From NCBI GenBank assembly GCA_030647655.1, contig JAUSJH010000009.1:82196-146195 (forward strand): a DNA stretch of 64,000 bases, written 5' to 3'. Made by a program: the position numbers and the translations under genes. The notes beneath the pieces are model-generated. The model had not been told where the DNA came from. It was given only the letters and a program-made list of their open reading frames with translations, and made no database searches. The first letter of the stretch is position 1, and each line of letters opens with the position of its first letter. Source of the stretch: a bacterium. GTDB taxonomy: Bacteria; Patescibacteriota; Minisyncoccia; Phycocordibacterales; UBA2100. Positions 62,908 through 64,000 of the stretch are shown here, piece by piece.

Positions 62908-64000
62908 ATGTTTAAAAAAATCGCGTTCGCGGGTCTTGGCCTTGTTTTACTCGCGTCTCCGGTACTCGCCTCCGCCGATGTACTCTCCGACCTGCGGGCA
63001 CAGCTCGAAGGCCTCCTCTCACAGCTCTCGCAATTGCAATCGCAGCTTTCGGCGGTCGCAACCACCGCCACTCCCAGACCAAGCTGCACCCTAAGAGCTT
63101 CACCGAGCACAGTGCAATCAGGCAGGGGCTCTCGTATTTCGTGGACCACTAGGAACGCGACTTGGGGCACGATCAATCAGGGAATCGGTAGCATGACACC
63201 GATTGCGAGCAGCTCACGGGCAATTAGCGCAGGCATAACACAGACGACCGCGTACACAGCTACTATAAGAGGTCTCGGGGGCAGTGCTACGTGTTCAACG
63301 ACCGTGACAGTTACGAGCGGAGGCACAAGTCCTTCAATCACGATCACGTCTCCGAATGGCGGACAGACGTTCAATCTCGGGAACCTTCTGACAATCCGTT
63401 GGGTGGCTAGGAATCTGCCGGTCAGAAATCAGATCTGCACATATCTTGTAGATTCAGCGGCCCATCAGTTTGCCTTTCCGGCGGAGGGTGCATGCAGGAC
63501 CGATGAAGCGCCGGGCGCGTTAGCTGTCTCGGGCACTTTGGTGCGGAGGGCAGGATATGACCTCGCTCCGGGTGCGTACCGGATCTTTGCACGTATCCTC
63601 GGAGCAGATCCGGGCAACGGAAGGGATCGTCCGGTCCTTGCAGAGGATCAGGAGCCAATTGGAATTACAGTCGCAAGCACCACGTCCAACCTCACGCTCA
63701 CCGCCTCGCCGACATCCGGCTCGGTACCGCTCGCTGTACACTTCAGCGCCAGAAATATGCCGGATGCGAGCAGGTGGAATTATTCCGTCGACTATAAAGA
63801 CGGACACGCAGAACAGTTGGATTCTCATGGTGCCACGGGGACCTTCTCCGCAGACACAAATCACACCTATACTGCGGCGGGCACGTATTTGGCAGTCCTG
63901 AACAGATGTTGGACGGGTTGCCAGACGCTTGGCACCACGACGATTACGGTTACGAGCTCGTCGAGCGGCACGATTGTCGTCGCTCCCGGTCAGCAGCCTG
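62908..64000 (+). CDS. Large secreted surface protein with Ig/PKD-like domains (runs off the window end)
   Basis: Manual translation shows no stop in the part read: MFKKIAFAGLGLVLLASPVLASAD signal, coiled coil, SCTLRASP, ITSPNGG, ASPTSGSVPLAVHF...HTYTAAGTY. Confidence 0.8.
   Translation, partial: MFKKIAFAGLGLVLLASPVLASADVLSDLRAQLEGLLSQLSQLQSQLSAVATTATPRPSCTLRASPSTVQSGRGSRISWTTRNATWGTINQGIGSMTPIASSSRAISAGITQTTAYTATIRGLGGSATCSTTVTVTSGGTSPSITITSPNGGQTFNLGNLLTIRWVARNLPVRNQICTYLVDSAAHQFAFPAEGACRTDEAPGALAVSGTLVRRAGYDLAPGAYRIFARILGADPGNGRDRPVLAEDQEPIGITVASTTSNLTLTASPTSGSVPLAVHFSARNMPDASRWNYSVDYKDGHAEQLDSHGATGTFSADTNHTYTAAGTYLAVLNRCWTGCQTLGTTTITVTSSSSGTIVVAPGQQP

Noticed and set aside
37-63901. Numerous overlapping or antisense ORFs in the track (e.g. 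6379-7227 minus, 20693-21487 plus, 46977-47708 minus)
   Set aside because: They are shadows of well-supported genes in GC-rich DNA and have no recognisable motifs.
1-64000. CRISPR array or cas genes
   Set aside because: No run of regularly spaced near-identical repeats and no Cas motifs were seen.
1-64000. Alternative genetic code (UGA read as Gly or Trp)
   Set aside because: Conserved genes such as clpP, tig, tpiA and pgk end at TGA at the expected lengths under the standard bacterial code.

Overview
The window looks like a small-genome Patescibacteria/CPR (Parcubacteria-like) chromosome segment. This is an inference from the rpsO-NYN-pnp order, a trigger factor lacking its FKBP domain, CPR-style pilin and surface proteins, and many short palindromic repeats. 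It carries housekeeping genes (pnp, rpsO, rarA, xth, cca, rny, clpP, tig, nusA, tpiA, pgk, recJ, rpmB, rpsL, rpsG, fusA), four tRNAs, and natural-competence/type IV pilus genes (comM, yraN, pilB, pilC, three pilins, split comEC). It also holds two type II TA pairs, a RAYT-like transposase with flanking palindromes, and an AT-richer candidate defence operon (MazG-like, RadC, EVE-like/PD-(D/E)xK nuclease, MmeI-like remnant). The most striking unexplained structure is a set of stranded, largely synonymously recoded copies of the 3' ends of core genes: fusA twice, rarA, and probably rpsG. At fusA and rpsG they close blocks of accessory genes, and several carry an inserted palindrome. This points to integrase-free serial gene capture at the 3' ends of conserved genes. 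Many genes also appear leaderless (-10 box 6-8 nt before ATG), sometimes through overlapping bidirectional -10 boxes. All calls come from motif recognition and manual alignment only; no database searches were run.
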